21,104 bases of DNA from an uncultured Deinococcales bacterium. Lineage in GTDB: Bacteria > Deinococcota > Deinococci > Deinococcales > JAAFIG01. A program made the translations under genes and the position numbers. Each line of letters starts with the position of its first letter. The stretch's first letter is position 1. Positions 8,428-17,431 of this stretch are shown here, piece after piece. Below the pieces are notes generated by a model. That model saw nothing but the letters and a program-made list of their open reading frames with translations, was not told where the DNA came from and made no database searches. Where the stretch lies: contig CAXTKV010000080.1 of assembly GCA_964244895.1 (NCBI GenBank), forward strand, positions 1-21,104, written 5' to 3'.

Positions 8428-9014
8428 ACACGAACCTCGAGGTCAACATCGGTGTCGAAGACGCGTTCTTCTTCCCGAACGAACGCCGCGTCACGGCACG
8501 CTGGGCGCTCGCCATCGATTACCTCAAGGATCGCGTCCAGAACGATGTCGAAGGCGACGTTTTCGAGAACGACGCCGTGCGACTGGTGATTTCGAGCGAA
8601 GGCTTCTACTGCGAATTCCTGGACTCCCCCACCGCCTTCTACGGCGCGACCCGAGCCGTGCAGATCGAACGCGTCAGCGACGAGGACGCCATCAAGGCGC
8701 TCTGGGAAGCCATCACGATCTACCGCGCCAGCCAGGGCCGCGTGATGGTGATCTACGGCAAGGATTACAACGACGACGACGAGGACATCTTCGTCGGGCA
8801 CTACGACGAGCAAGAACCGATCGAGCGCGGCGATCCCAAGCCCGAGATGCCGATGTTCTTCAGGGCCGACGTGGACGCGGACGCGCCCAACGCCCTGATC
8901 GAATCCGGTCGCGGCGCTGCCGTCATGATCCGCACGCGCGACGGCCAGAACTTCCTCCTGCGCGTTCCCCACACGACCCGCGTTTCCGCCGTGCTTCAGG
9001 GCGTGCGCGAGTAA
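8424..9014 (+). CDS. Acidic hypothetical protein (196 aa), translationally coupled to ubiE
   Basis: ATGA overlap with the ubiE stop; MNTNLEVNIGVEDAFFFPNE...; strong GC3 codon bias. Confidence 0.8.
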   Translation: MNTNLEVNIGVEDAFFFPNERRVTARWALAIDYLKDRVQNDVEGDVFENDAVRLVISSEGFYCEFLDSPTAFYGATRAVQIERVSDEDAIKALWEAITIYRASQGRVMVIYGKDYNDDDEDIFVGHYDEQEPIERGDPKPEMPMFFRADVDADAPNALIESGRGAAVMIRTRDGQNFLLRVPHTTRVSAVLQGVRE

Positions 9015-9062
9015 GAACACCGTTCAGCGCGCGATTTAGAGAACATCGCGCTGGACGGTGTC
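9015..9062. repeat. Family A palindromic repeat
   Basis: gaacaccgttcagcgcg...cgcgctggacggtgtc starting immediately after the TAA at 9014. Confidence 0.8.
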
Positions 9063-9258
9063 GTCGATCCGCGAGCGGATGGCACGGCAGCGACCCGGCT
9101 CGAGGATGATCTCGAGAGCCAGTCTCGCTTTCGTGCAGATCGGGTTTCTCGAATCGGCGACAGAAGACCTTCCCGATCGCGCAACTCGAGTCGAATCCCG
9201 TTTTTTATCGTCCCGGACGGTCTTCCCGCCTTGCGAAACCCAAAGCCGTCCAGCATCC

Positions 9259-9813
9259 TCAACGCCCCGATTCGCGCTCGACTTCCTCGAGATCATCCGG
9301 GTCGGACAGGGAAAGCGATGTGAAGCGCTCGAGCAGCTCGAGCAAACGCACGCGATCCTGAAGGCTCCCCAGGTCGTGCAGCACGCGCTCGAGTCTGGCC
9401 TGACGTTCGCTGGCCACGCGTGACACGACATCGAAACCTTTCGGGGTCAGCCGCACGCGAATCTGGCGCGCATCGTTGACATCGCGGTGGCGGTCGGCCA
9501 GCCCGCGTTCAGCCAGCCGATCCACGGCTTTGGTCGCGGCGGGATACGAAATTTTCAAGCCTGAGGCGAGCGCGCCGACGGGCAAGCCCGGATCGCCGTC
9601 CGGCACGCCAGCCAGCAGTTTCAGAGCGCGCAGTTGCGCGGTCGTGACCTCGTCGTCACCCAGCAAACCTTCCAGGGGACGCCGGACGTACACGACCTCG
9701 AAGGTCGCGACCAGCCGAGAAAGCGCCAGGTCGAGGGTGGAGATCTCGAGATCGGCCCGCTCGAGATCAGCCTGGTCTGGCACGGCAACGTTCGGGTTGA
9801 GCTTGACGGTCAT
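9259..9813 (-). CDS. MarR family transcriptional regulator
   Basis: MTVKLNPN start overlapping the mtnN stop (ATGA); VTTAQLRALKLL, LASGLKISYPAATKAVDRLAERGL, DARQIRVRLTPKG winged helix. Confidence 0.9.
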   Translation of the reverse strand: MTVKLNPNVAVPDQADLERADLEISTLDLALSRLVATFEVVYVRRPLEGLLGDDEVTTAQLRALKLLAGVPDGDPGLPVGALASGLKISYPAATKAVDRLAERGLADRHRDVNDARQIRVRLTPKGFDVVSRVASERQARLERVLHDLGSLQDRVRLLELLERFTSLSLSDPDDLEEVERESGR

Positions 9814-10469
9814 GCGCGGCTCGAGAGTTGCTCTTTCCAGGCGCTCAGAAATCCGCTCACCACGCCCGCCGCGCGCAACACGGCGGAAGGCAGGAATTCC
9901 GCGTAGGTCAATTCGGCGGCCTCGCCCGCGTGATCGGAAATCACGCGGATCAGCACCATCGGCACGCCGTGATCGTCGGCGACCTGGAGCGCCGCAGCGC
10001 CCTCCATCTCGACCGCATCGGCCTGGAAGGTCTCCCGAATCCACGTTGAACGCGCCGCGTCGGCCAGAAACGCATCGCCGGACGCGACCCGCCCCAACCT
10101 GGCGTGGTACTCGAGTGCGATGGCCGACTCGAGCGCCAGACTCGCGCCCGCCGCATCCAACGCGATGAACCTGCGCCCATCGTTGAGCGTGCCGGGCTGC
10201 CCGCCGTTGACGGGCGTGATGTCCACGTCCCACTGCACCGCATCCGAGGCCACCACCACCGAAAGCTGCCTCAGATCCGGCGCGAGCCCGCCCGCCACCC
10301 CGACGAACACGATGCCGTCGGGTCGCTCCTCACAGATCACGCGTTGCGTCGCGGCGGCAGCGGCGACCTTACCGACGCCCGTCTCGTAGACCCTCAATCC
10401 CGTGGCGCGGATCGGTTCGGCCTCAGAGCCCATCGCGGTCAGCAGCACGATCTTGACGGCCTCGCTCAC
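9810..10469 (-). CDS. mtnN: 5'-methylthioadenosine/S-adenosylhomocysteine nucleosidase
   Basis: TAMGSEA, GVGKVAAA, FVGVAGGL, ASGDAF, AVEMEGAA, IRVISDHA; GTG start overlaps the luxS stop (GTGA). Confidence 0.92.
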   Translation of the reverse strand: MSEAVKIVLLTAMGSEAEPIRATGLRVYETGVGKVAAAAATQRVICEERPDGIVFVGVAGGLAPDLRQLSVVVASDAVQWDVDITPVNGGQPGTLNDGRRFIALDAAGASLALESAIALEYHARLGRVASGDAFLADAARSTWIRETFQADAVEMEGAAALQVADDHGVPMVLIRVISDHAGEAAELTYAEFLPSAVLRAAGVVSGFLSAWKEQLSSRA

Positions 10470-10948
10470 TGCGTGGACGCCTCCGCCGGGATCAGCACGG
10501 TCTCCTGAACGATCAACTTGGCTTCGAGCACCTTCTTGGCCCAGTCCCTCGCGCCTTCGATCGAGTGATCGCGGTAATTGCCGCACTCGATCTCCGTGGA
10601 ACCCGGAATCGGTCCGTCGAAATCGCGCACGCGCTCCAGCGTCTGTTCAAGCGCCCCGATCACGGCTTGCGGCTCCGGCGCACCCGCAACCGTCAGGTAA
10701 AACCCCGTCCTGCAGCCCATCGGTGAGAGATCCACGATGCCCGGCAGGAAATCCCTGAGGTTGCCCGCCATCAGGTGCTCCAGCGTGTGCAGCGCGCCCG
10801 TGGGCAGGAACTCCTTGTTCGGCTGCGAGAACCGCAAATCGAACTTGGTGATCGGGTCGCCGTGCGGCGTGGTGTAGCGCCCCGCGACGCGCACGTAGGG
10901 CGCGCGCACGCGCGTGTGATCCAGGTTAAAAGATTCGACTTTCGCCAT
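10466..10948 (-). CDS. luxS: S-ribosylhomocysteine lyase (AI-2 synthase)
   Basis: MAKVESFNLDHT, LHTLEH, SPMGCRTGFY, CGNYRDH. Confidence 0.98.
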   Translation of the reverse strand: MAKVESFNLDHTRVRAPYVRVAGRYTTPHGDPITKFDLRFSQPNKEFLPTGALHTLEHLMAGNLRDFLPGIVDLSPMGCRTGFYLTVAGAPEPQAVIGALEQTLERVRDFDGPIPGSTEIECGNYRDHSIEGARDWAKKVLEAKLIVQETVLIPAEASTQ

Positions 10949-10954
10949 GCGCCC

Positions 10955-10960
10955 AGTATA
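10955..10960 (-). promoter_or_regulatory. -10 box (TATACT) of leaderless luxS operon promoter
   Basis: TATACT-gggcgc-ATG; no Shine-Dalgarno. Confidence 0.75.
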
Positions 10961-11151
10961 GGCCGCAGCTTTCAAAATAGAGAGAACTCCGTTCCAAAGC
11001 GCATTTCGTACGTTTCAGGGACGCTCTTCCACGGCGTGCGGTACGTCCGCTCGGGCTCGAGAAGCCTCGGCTCGGGAAAGCTCGGGCAAGACGCTCGAGG
11101 TTTCCCGAGAAGGCCGTGCTGGACGGTCTTTTTACTAAACCTCTGGTGAAC

Positions 11152-11243
11152 GTCAGTCTCGAGAACGTGTTGACGCGAGGCCAACCATCGAGGTTGCCCA
11201 TACAGGACACGATGTTGCAGGGGTAACCCTCGTGGTGACCCTT
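11152..11243. repeat. GTAG-type REP doublet (REPIN-like), copy 2
   Basis: Ungapped 92-bp match to 1605-1696; adjacent to a family A half copy at 11110-11133. Confidence 0.8.
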
Positions 11244-11278
11244 CCCACGAACCACATTCGATCACGTTCGCAGGAGGT

Positions 11279-12025
11279 CTACTGTTGCGGCACCTTCGGG
11301 CCGGGCACAGAAGGTTTGAACGGCACGACCAGATCCCAGTCGGAACCCGTGGCCTCGCGCACGTCGTAACCGTTGCTGCCGAACTCGCCCTGGATCACGT
11401 GCCAGCCGGGGTTCAGATCGAGTTTGTAGCGGTAGTACGCCTTCGCGCCCGTCTTCGAGTCCTGAGATTCGTTCAGGCTCGAGGTTTTCGAGGTCAGCAC
11501 GAGCTGGTTCTTGTAGAAGCCGCGCACGTCCGGCGCGGTTCCCGCCTTCGAGAGCGCACCCTCGACGCTCGGTTCGCCTTCGTCCAGACGCGCGTTCTTG
11601 TTCGTGTCCTGGTACGCGAAAACCCGTGCGGTCGCACCCAACGCGTTCGCGGAGTGCAACCGCCCGTCACCGTGCGGCAAAGACATGTCGCTCAGTGGGT
11701 TCAACGGTGCGTCCGTCAGCTTGGCGGGCAGGGTCAGCCGGAACTTTCCTCCGGGCGCGGCAGCGTCCGCCACGCGATCCGTACCGATCAGCACGGCCAC
11801 CCGCACCGCGCCCTCGAGCGGCAGGTCGATGCCGCCCTCGATCACCAACGGTGCGACTTCGAGACTGGTCGGAATCGGCGCGGCTGGGATTGGGGTTGGA
11901 GGTGTCGCGCTCGGAACCGTGGGAGCTGTCGCGCTCGAGGTCGTCTGCGGTTTCGGACTGAGCAGCACGAAACCGAGCGCGGCCATGGCGATCACCGCGA
12001 GCACCACGATCAGGTTCCTGTTCAC
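11279..12025 (-). CDS. Exported or membrane-anchored hypothetical protein
   Basis: N-terminal hydrophobic helix, Pro/Thr-rich linker, AYQDTNKNARLDEGE loop; leaderless GTG with TAGAAT (12032-12037). Confidence 0.8.
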   Translation of the reverse strand: MNRNLIVVLAVIAMAALGFVLLSPKPQTTSSATAPTVPSATPPTPIPAAPIPTSLEVAPLVIEGGIDLPLEGAVRVAVLIGTDRVADAAAPGGKFRLTLPAKLTDAPLNPLSDMSLPHGDGRLHSANALGATARVFAYQDTNKNARLDEGEPSVEGALSKAGTAPDVRGFYKNQLVLTSKTSSLNESQDSKTGAKAYYRYKLDLNPGWHVIQGEFGSNGYDVREATGSDWDLVVPFKPSVPGPKVPQQ

Positions 12026-12154
12026 GCCACCATTCTAGCCCGAGGTCGAGGACGAACCGTTTCAACCCGGTGACAGAAGCAGTCGAGGTTCTTTCGGTCT
12101 CAGGTCAGGCGAGAACCGCATCCTGCGCGATGTTGCACGCCCGAATCACGGCGA

Positions 12155-12186
12155 AAGATTCTTCGTCGTTCCTCCTCAGAATGACA
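12155..12186. repeat. Family C (TGTC-tagged) repeat
   Basis: aagattcttcgtcgttcctcctcagaatgaca; inverted homolog at 18596-18622. Confidence 0.65.
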
Positions 12187-12289
12187 GAGGATCGTGGCTC
12201 GAGAACGCAGGATTCCCGCGAGCGTGGATTCTGATGTCGTATCGACTTCACTTCGCTCGAGACTCGAGCTCGGAGCCAAACCGAGAATC

Positions 12290-12338
12290 GAGAACACCGT
12301 CCAGCACGCAATTCCAAAATCGCGTGCTGGACGGTGTT
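12290..12338. repeat. Family A palindromic repeat
   Basis: gagaacaccgtccagcacgc...gcgtgctggacggtgtt touching the Cof-HAD stop codon. Confidence 0.88.
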
Positions 12339-13129
12339 TACAACAAATTCGCCTCGAGCCAGGTGGCCACGCCGCCCAATTCGGGAATCGGGATGGTTTC
12401 GTCACCGACGCCCGCCTGGTGCGCCTCGAACTCACCGACGGCCACGCCGTACCCGGCCCATTCCAGCATCGTCAGGTCGTTCAGGCCGTCCCCGAAGGCG
12501 ATGGTGTCCTCGCGGGCGATGCCCAGTTCGGTGGCGATCTTTGAGAGCGCCTCGCCCTTGTGCGCGTCGGTGGCGGTGACTTCCAGGTACTTGCCCTCCC
12601 ACGGGTAGTACGACAGGCTCGGGTGGTGCTCCAGGAAGCGAGAATGCAGCGATTCCAGCGCCCCTTCGACCTTCGGGTTGGCCACGAACATCACTTTGAA
12701 GGCCGGGTGCGTCCGGTACAAGTCAAAGTCGGTGACGTTGTGGCCTTCCTTGCGCGCCCAATCCCAGCCTTCGTGCTGCGGTTCCGGCACGAAAAAATGC
12801 GTGCCGGTCGCGATGAAAAACGCGGGTTTCTCCCCGGCCAGCCGCACCAGATCGGTCACGATCTCGCCGTGGAGTTTGGTTTCGTGCAGCACGCGCCCGT
12901 CCCGGTGCGCGACCCGCGCGCCCTGGGCCGTGCCGTAGGGCACGCGAAGCTCGAGCTGATCCACGAACTTGCGGGCGCTGGTTTCCTCGCGCCCGGTGAT
13001 GACGGTGACGACGTGCCCGGCCTGACTGGCGCGTCGAATGGCGTCCTGGATCGCGTCCGGGATGACCGCTTCTCTGGTCACGACCGTTCCATCCAGGTCG
13101 AAGGCGAGCAGTTTCTTGGAAGATTTCAT
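12338..13129 (-). CDS. Cof-type HAD-IIB family hydrolase
   Basis: AFDLDGT, ITGR, LEVTATDAHKG, AFGDGLNDLTML; leaderless, TACGCT (13136-13141). Confidence 0.93.
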   Translation of the reverse strand: MKSSKKLLAFDLDGTVVTREAVIPDAIQDAIRRASQAGHVVTVITGREETSARKFVDQLELRVPYGTAQGARVAHRDGRVLHETKLHGEIVTDLVRLAGEKPAFFIATGTHFFVPEPQHEGWDWARKEGHNVTDFDLYRTHPAFKVMFVANPKVEGALESLHSRFLEHHPSLSYYPWEGKYLEVTATDAHKGEALSKIATELGIAREDTIAFGDGLNDLTMLEWAGYGVAVGEFEAHQAGVGDETIPIPELGGVATWLEANLL

Positions 13130-13277
13130 GGATCGAGCGTATCACCGTTGATTCGGCGCGCCTGTCTCGGGACTGACTTTCGCGGGGAACTCCGTCGGGA
13201 ACACCGTTCTCGAGTTCGCGTACCGGATGGTGTTGATGGGGCAGGGCGCGATATTGCGCGAGATAGCTCGGGGTGGA

Positions 13278-14318
13278 TTACTGAATGAACATCGCGTCGC
13301 CCAGGCTGTAAAAACGGTAATCGCGCTCGAGCGCGACCCGGTACGCGGCGCGCATGGTGTCGTACCCGGCCAGCGCCGCGACCAGCATCAAGAGCGTGCT
13401 TTTGGGCAGGTGAAAGTTCGTGATCAAGGCATCCACGACCCTGAACTGGTACGGCGGTCGGATGAACAACGCGCTCTCTCCGAGCCCCGGCTCGAGCCAC
13501 GCGCCGCCCCCCGAACTCGAAAGCTCCGGCAGGTCTTTCCAGGCGGTCTCGAGGGTGCGCACGCTGGTCGTACCGACCGCGATCACGCGTCGTCCCTCGA
13601 ACTTGGCGCGCGTCACGGCCTCACTCGTCTCTCGCGGGATCACGAAGGGCTCAGCGTGCATGACGTGATCCTCGATGCTGGTCGAGACGGGTTTGAACGT
13701 GCCCGCCCCGACGTGCAAGGTCACGGGCCAGACGCCCACGCCCACGCCGTGAATCCGTTCCAGCAAACGCTGCGTGAAATGCAAGCCCGCCGTGGGCGCG
13801 GCCACGCTGCCCGGATCGTTGCCGAAGACCGTCTGGTAGCGCTCGCCGACGGTATCGTTGGTGATGTACGGCGGGAGCGGTAACGATCCAATCTCTGGCA
13901 GGTGCGGCTTGATGTCCTCCGAGAACCGCAGCATCCGCGCGCCGTCGGAAAGCACCGACTCGACCGTGGCCGTCACACCTCCAAACTCGAGCGTTCCGCC
14001 GAGCGCCACGCGCCGCGCGGGTTTCAGAAAGGCGCTCCAGAGGTTGCGCGCATGTTCGCGCAACAGCAGGACTTCCAGCGTGCCACCCGTGGGTTTTTTC
14101 GCCTCGAGCCGCGCCGGAATCACGCGCGTGCGGTTCAGCACCAGCACATCGCCGCGATCCAGGTAGTCCACCACGTCCCGAAAAACCCGATGCTCGAACT
14201 CGAGCGAGCCCTTCCTGACGACCAGCAATTTGCTCGAGTCGCGCGGTTCCACACCCGATTGCGCGATGCGATCCTCCGGCAGAACGTAATCGTAATCCTC
14301 GAGCGCAAAGCCGTTCAT
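13278..14318 (-). CDS. queA: S-adenosylmethionine:tRNA ribosyltransferase-isomerase
   Basis: DYDYVLPEDRIAQ, NRTRVIPARL, PLPPYI, RYQTVF, AAPTAGLHF, LHVGAGTF, TNFHLPKSTL, YRFYSLGDAM; GAGGTG RBS before ATG 14318. Confidence 0.98.
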   Translation of the reverse strand: MNGFALEDYDYVLPEDRIAQSGVEPRDSSKLLVVRKGSLEFEHRVFRDVVDYLDRGDVLVLNRTRVIPARLEAKKPTGGTLEVLLLREHARNLWSAFLKPARRVALGGTLEFGGVTATVESVLSDGARMLRFSEDIKPHLPEIGSLPLPPYITNDTVGERYQTVFGNDPGSVAAPTAGLHFTQRLLERIHGVGVGVWPVTLHVGAGTFKPVSTSIEDHVMHAEPFVIPRETSEAVTRAKFEGRRVIAVGTTSVRTLETAWKDLPELSSSGGGAWLEPGLGESALFIRPPYQFRVVDALITNFHLPKSTLLMLVAALAGYDTMRAAYRVALERDYRFYSLGDAMFIQ

Positions 14319-14336
14319 GGACACCTCGAAAAGCAC

Positions 14337-14405
14337 TCAGGGGTCAGAAGGAACCCCTATCAGCCCCCTCTTTTTCCTTTCACCTATGACCCTTAACCCC
14401 TGACC
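14337..14405. repeat. Degenerate inverted heptamer repeats without an enclosed gene
   Basis: TTTCACC TATGACC CTTAACC CCTGACC (14378-14405) facing tcaggggtcagaagga (14337-14352). Confidence 0.5.
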
Positions 14406-14455
14406 GACACCGTCCGGGACGCAAACTCGAGAACGCGTACCAGACGGTGTTCTCG
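14406..14455. repeat. Family A palindromic repeat (degenerate)
   Basis: gacaccgtccgggacgc...gcgtaccagacggtgttctcg abutting the NYN stop. Confidence 0.75.
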
Positions 14456-15040
14456 TTATTCTTCGCTCTGCGCGATGGCCTCGACGGGCTCGGGAATCGG
14501 CGGCTGGTACGGCGTGCGCTCGCGCAGGGGCATGAAGGCGTTCTCGATGTCGGCCAGGTGCGTGAACTTGTCCACGCCATCGATCAATTTCTGAGCGGTG
14601 GTTTCCTTGAAGCCGATCACTTCGACGCGCTTGCCGCGCTCCATCATGACTTCCAGGATGTCCAGGAAATCACCATCGCCGCTGCCCAGCACGATCACGT
14701 CCAGGTGCTCCGCCAGGCGCACGATGTCCGCGCAGATGCCCATGTCCCAGTTGCCTTCCCAGATCGTCTTGCCGGTTTCGGTGGTGTGGTGCACCTGGAG
14801 GGTCATGCGGCGCACCTTGTAGCCCAGCGTTGAGAGTTTGTAAATAAAAGGCCAGGCGCTGGTGTCGCCCTCGCGCTCGACCACGTAACTGACGGCACGC
14901 AGCATCTCGCGGTCAGCGGTCGCAAACTTCAGTAAACTCTCGAAGTTGACGGTGCGCTCGTAGTAATCGCGGGCCGAGTGGTACAGGTTTTGCGTGTCCA
15001 CGAACACGCCGATGGTCGGACGAACCCTGAGTTTTGACAT
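14456..15040 (-). CDS. NYN domain protein (LabA/DUF88, PIN-like fold)
   Basis: VFVDTQNL, WDMGICAD, LGSGDGDF, GKRVEV; AGGAGG RBS. Confidence 0.92.
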   Translation of the reverse strand: MSKLRVRPTIGVFVDTQNLYHSARDYYERTVNFESLLKFATADREMLRAVSYVVEREGDTSAWPFIYKLSTLGYKVRRMTLQVHHTTETGKTIWEGNWDMGICADIVRLAEHLDVIVLGSGDGDFLDILEVMMERGKRVEVIGFKETTAQKLIDGVDKFTHLADIENAFMPLRERTPYQPPIPEPVEAIAQSEE

Positions 15041-15176
15041 TGTGCCTCCTAAAATTTTTGGTGCAGCTCGAAATGGGAACTCGAGTTTACCCCTTGAGTC
15101 TAACAGGCGCGCCCCGCCGCGCGCTCAGAGACGAGGCTCGAGGTCAGCCTTCAAAAAACTGAACCCAGAAACGTAA

Positions 15177-15200
15177 GCACCGCACCTGGTGGTGCGGTGT
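15177..15200 (-). terminator. Probable terminator hairpin after the 15219-15722 gene
   Basis: gcaccgcacc-tggt-ggtgcggtgt stem followed on the minus strand by a weak T-rich tail (TTACGTTTC). Confidence 0.5.
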
Positions 15201-15218
15201 CACTCCCGGATCGGGCGC

Positions 15219-15722
15219 TTAGAACAGGTACTGTCGCGCGCCGCGCAGGGCGACGAAACCCAGCGCCAACGCACCGAAAAACCAGCCCAGGAGCGCCACG
15301 GGCAGCCTCGAACCGCTGTTCGGGCTGCCGGTATCGAAGTTCACTCCGACCTCGCCGGAAGGCAGCGGAAGGGTAAACAGTTGATCTTTATCGGCAGCGA
15401 AAGCGTAATTTCGTCCGTTGGCCCGGAAGCGCACCGTGATGCGGTAAGGACCCTGACTTGGCGTGAACTTCCCCTCGAGCTTGCCACCGATCGTGCCCAG
15501 GTCAATCTGGTCGGTGACCGAATTCTGCCGCTCATCGAAGATCACAGCCAACGGCGCGCCCTGCACGCTTTTGGCTCCTTCACCTTCGACGCTGGCCGTC
15601 ACCGTGGCTTCCTTACCGGCGCTCAGACCTTGCGGGAATTGAAGCTTCACCGTGAGCGGCGCCGCTGACGCCCAACCGAGTGCGGTCACGGCCAGGCAGA
15701 GGATCAGAAAGGTTCGTTTCAT
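15219..15722 (-). CDS. Hypothetical protein with signal peptide and C-terminal TM anchor
   Basis: MKRTFLILCLAVTALGWASA signal; beta-rich middle; LPVALLGWFFGALALGFVAL TM helix. Confidence 0.82.
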   Translation of the reverse strand: MKRTFLILCLAVTALGWASAAPLTVKLQFPQGLSAGKEATVTASVEGEGAKSVQGAPLAVIFDERQNSVTDQIDLGTIGGKLEGKFTPSQGPYRITVRFRANGRNYAFAADKDQLFTLPLPSGEVGVNFDTGSPNSGSRLPVALLGWFFGALALGFVALRGARQYLF

Positions 15723-15853
15723 ACGTGCGGCATTCTAACAGGCTGGGATCACGAGAATGCCCTGGTCTGAACGGGTTTGGGCGTTCATCCCGGCTCGAGT
15801 TCAGCAACGATCGGTAACTCGAGAACCTGCAACCTAACCTGATTGACCCGAGA

Positions 15854-17218
15854 TCACGTTCCAAGACGCTCGAGCAGCGCGCAGTACGCGACTCGCGCAC
15901 GTTCAAAGCTGGCGATCCGGAAGAATTCGTCTGGCGCGTGAAAGCGTTCGTCGTTCAGCCCGAACCCCCAACCCAGCGTGTCCACGCCCAGCAGGTTCTT
16001 GAAGAGCGCCAGCACCGGGATCGTGCCGCCCGTGCGAATCGGCCAGGGCTGCTTGCCGTACAGGTTTTGCAGCACTTCGCTGGCGATTTGGTTGGCCGGG
16101 TGATCGGCTGGCATCCGGTACGGGTCAGCGCCGGATTCGCTCAGTTGAACGGTCACTTGAACGCCTTCCGGCGCGCGCTTTTCGACGTGCGCTTTGAGCA
16201 GTTCCAGGATTCTGGCGGGTTTCTGGTTGGCGACCAGGCGGCAGGTGATTTTCGCGTGCGCCTCGTTCGGGATCACGGTTTTCACGCCCGCGCCCTGGAA
16301 GCCACCCCACAGACCGTTGACCTCGAGCGTCGGGCGGGCCGCTTGACGCTCCGGGACGCTGTAGCCGGGTTCGCCGGGAAAGGCATCCAGTCCGAGTTCT
16401 CGTTTCAGATCAGCTTCGTCGAAGGGAATCGCGGCCATGGCTTCGCGTTCGGCGGGCGTCATGTCCTGCACGTCGTCGTAGAAGCCCTGTACGGTCACGC
16501 GCCCGTCACGGTGCATCGAGGCGATCAGTTCGGCCATGGCGTGCAGGGGGTTCTGAACCACGCCGCCGTACAGCCCGGAGTGCAGGTCGCTGTTCGCGCC
16601 GTGCAAGCTGATTTGCAGGGCGCACAGGCCCTTGGTGGAGAGCAGCAATCCGGGTTGATCCACGCTGACCTGGCCGCTGTCGGCGTTCAGCACCAGATCG
16701 CAGGCGAAACGTTGGGCGTTCTCCGCCAGCCACGCTGGAATCTGCGGGCTGCCGATTTCCTCTTGGCCCTCGAGCAGAAATTTCAGGTTGACCGGCAGAC
16801 TTCCGGTCGCGCGCAGCAAGGCTTCGATGGCCTGGATCGGCGCGAGCATGTTGCCCTTGTCGTCGCTCGAGCCCCGCGCGTACAGGCGCCCATCGCGGAT
16901 GGTCGGCTCGAACGGCGGGCTGGTCCAGAGGCTGAGCGGATCGACCGGTTGCACGTCGAAATGCCCGTAGATCAAGTACGTCGGTTTGTCGGGCGCGTGC
17001 AGCCAGTCGGCGTACACGACCGGGTGGCCGCCCGTCTCGAGGATGACCGTGTGTTCCAGCCCGGCGGTCTCGAGCCTGGCCTCGACCCATTCGGCGGCGC
17101 GCCGCACGTCCTGGGCGTGTTCCGGCAGCGCGGAGATGCTGGGGATGCGCAGGAAGTCTTTGAGTTCTTCGAGGTAGCGATCCTGATGTTGCGCCAGGTA
17201 TTCCGTCCAGGTGGCCAT
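15854..17218 (-). CDS. M20 family dipeptidase
   Basis: YGHFDVQP, RGSSDDKG, EGQEEIGS, DLHSG, GGTIP, FHAPDE; leaderless, TACAAT (17224-17229). Confidence 0.95.
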   Translation of the reverse strand: MATWTEYLAQHQDRYLEELKDFLRIPSISALPEHAQDVRRAAEWVEARLETAGLEHTVILETGGHPVVYADWLHAPDKPTYLIYGHFDVQPVDPLSLWTSPPFEPTIRDGRLYARGSSDDKGNMLAPIQAIEALLRATGSLPVNLKFLLEGQEEIGSPQIPAWLAENAQRFACDLVLNADSGQVSVDQPGLLLSTKGLCALQISLHGANSDLHSGLYGGVVQNPLHAMAELIASMHRDGRVTVQGFYDDVQDMTPAEREAMAAIPFDEADLKRELGLDAFPGEPGYSVPERQAARPTLEVNGLWGGFQGAGVKTVIPNEAHAKITCRLVANQKPARILELLKAHVEKRAPEGVQVTVQLSESGADPYRMPADHPANQIASEVLQNLYGKQPWPIRTGGTIPVLALFKNLLGVDTLGWGFGLNDERFHAPDEFFRIASFERARVAYCALLERLGT

Positions 17219-17431
17219 GCGTCATTGTAAACGGAGTGGGCGATTTTCTGATCTCGAGCACGGGTTTTTATCGGGGCGAAAGACGCAGGGAAACGCGAAA
17301 AATGGCGAGATTTCCCTTCGTCTCGTTGGCGCAGACGCTCTCGGGCGCGGGTTCTTCTCGAGAATCCGCAGCGCTGTCCCGGAGGGCTCGCAATTCGCAC
17401 GTCCTGAACGGTGTGCGGTTAAACTGAACCC

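Noticed and set aside
11071..11109. Hairpin ctcgggaaagctcgggc-aagac-gctcgaggtttcccgag as a luxS riboswitch
   Set aside because: It lies upstream of the leaderless luxS promoter, so outside that transcript, and lacks SAM/SAH riboswitch motifs.
14456..15040. NYN protein as a toxin or defence nuclease
   Set aside because: Stand-alone LabA/DUF88 type in housekeeping context with no antitoxin or defence neighbours.
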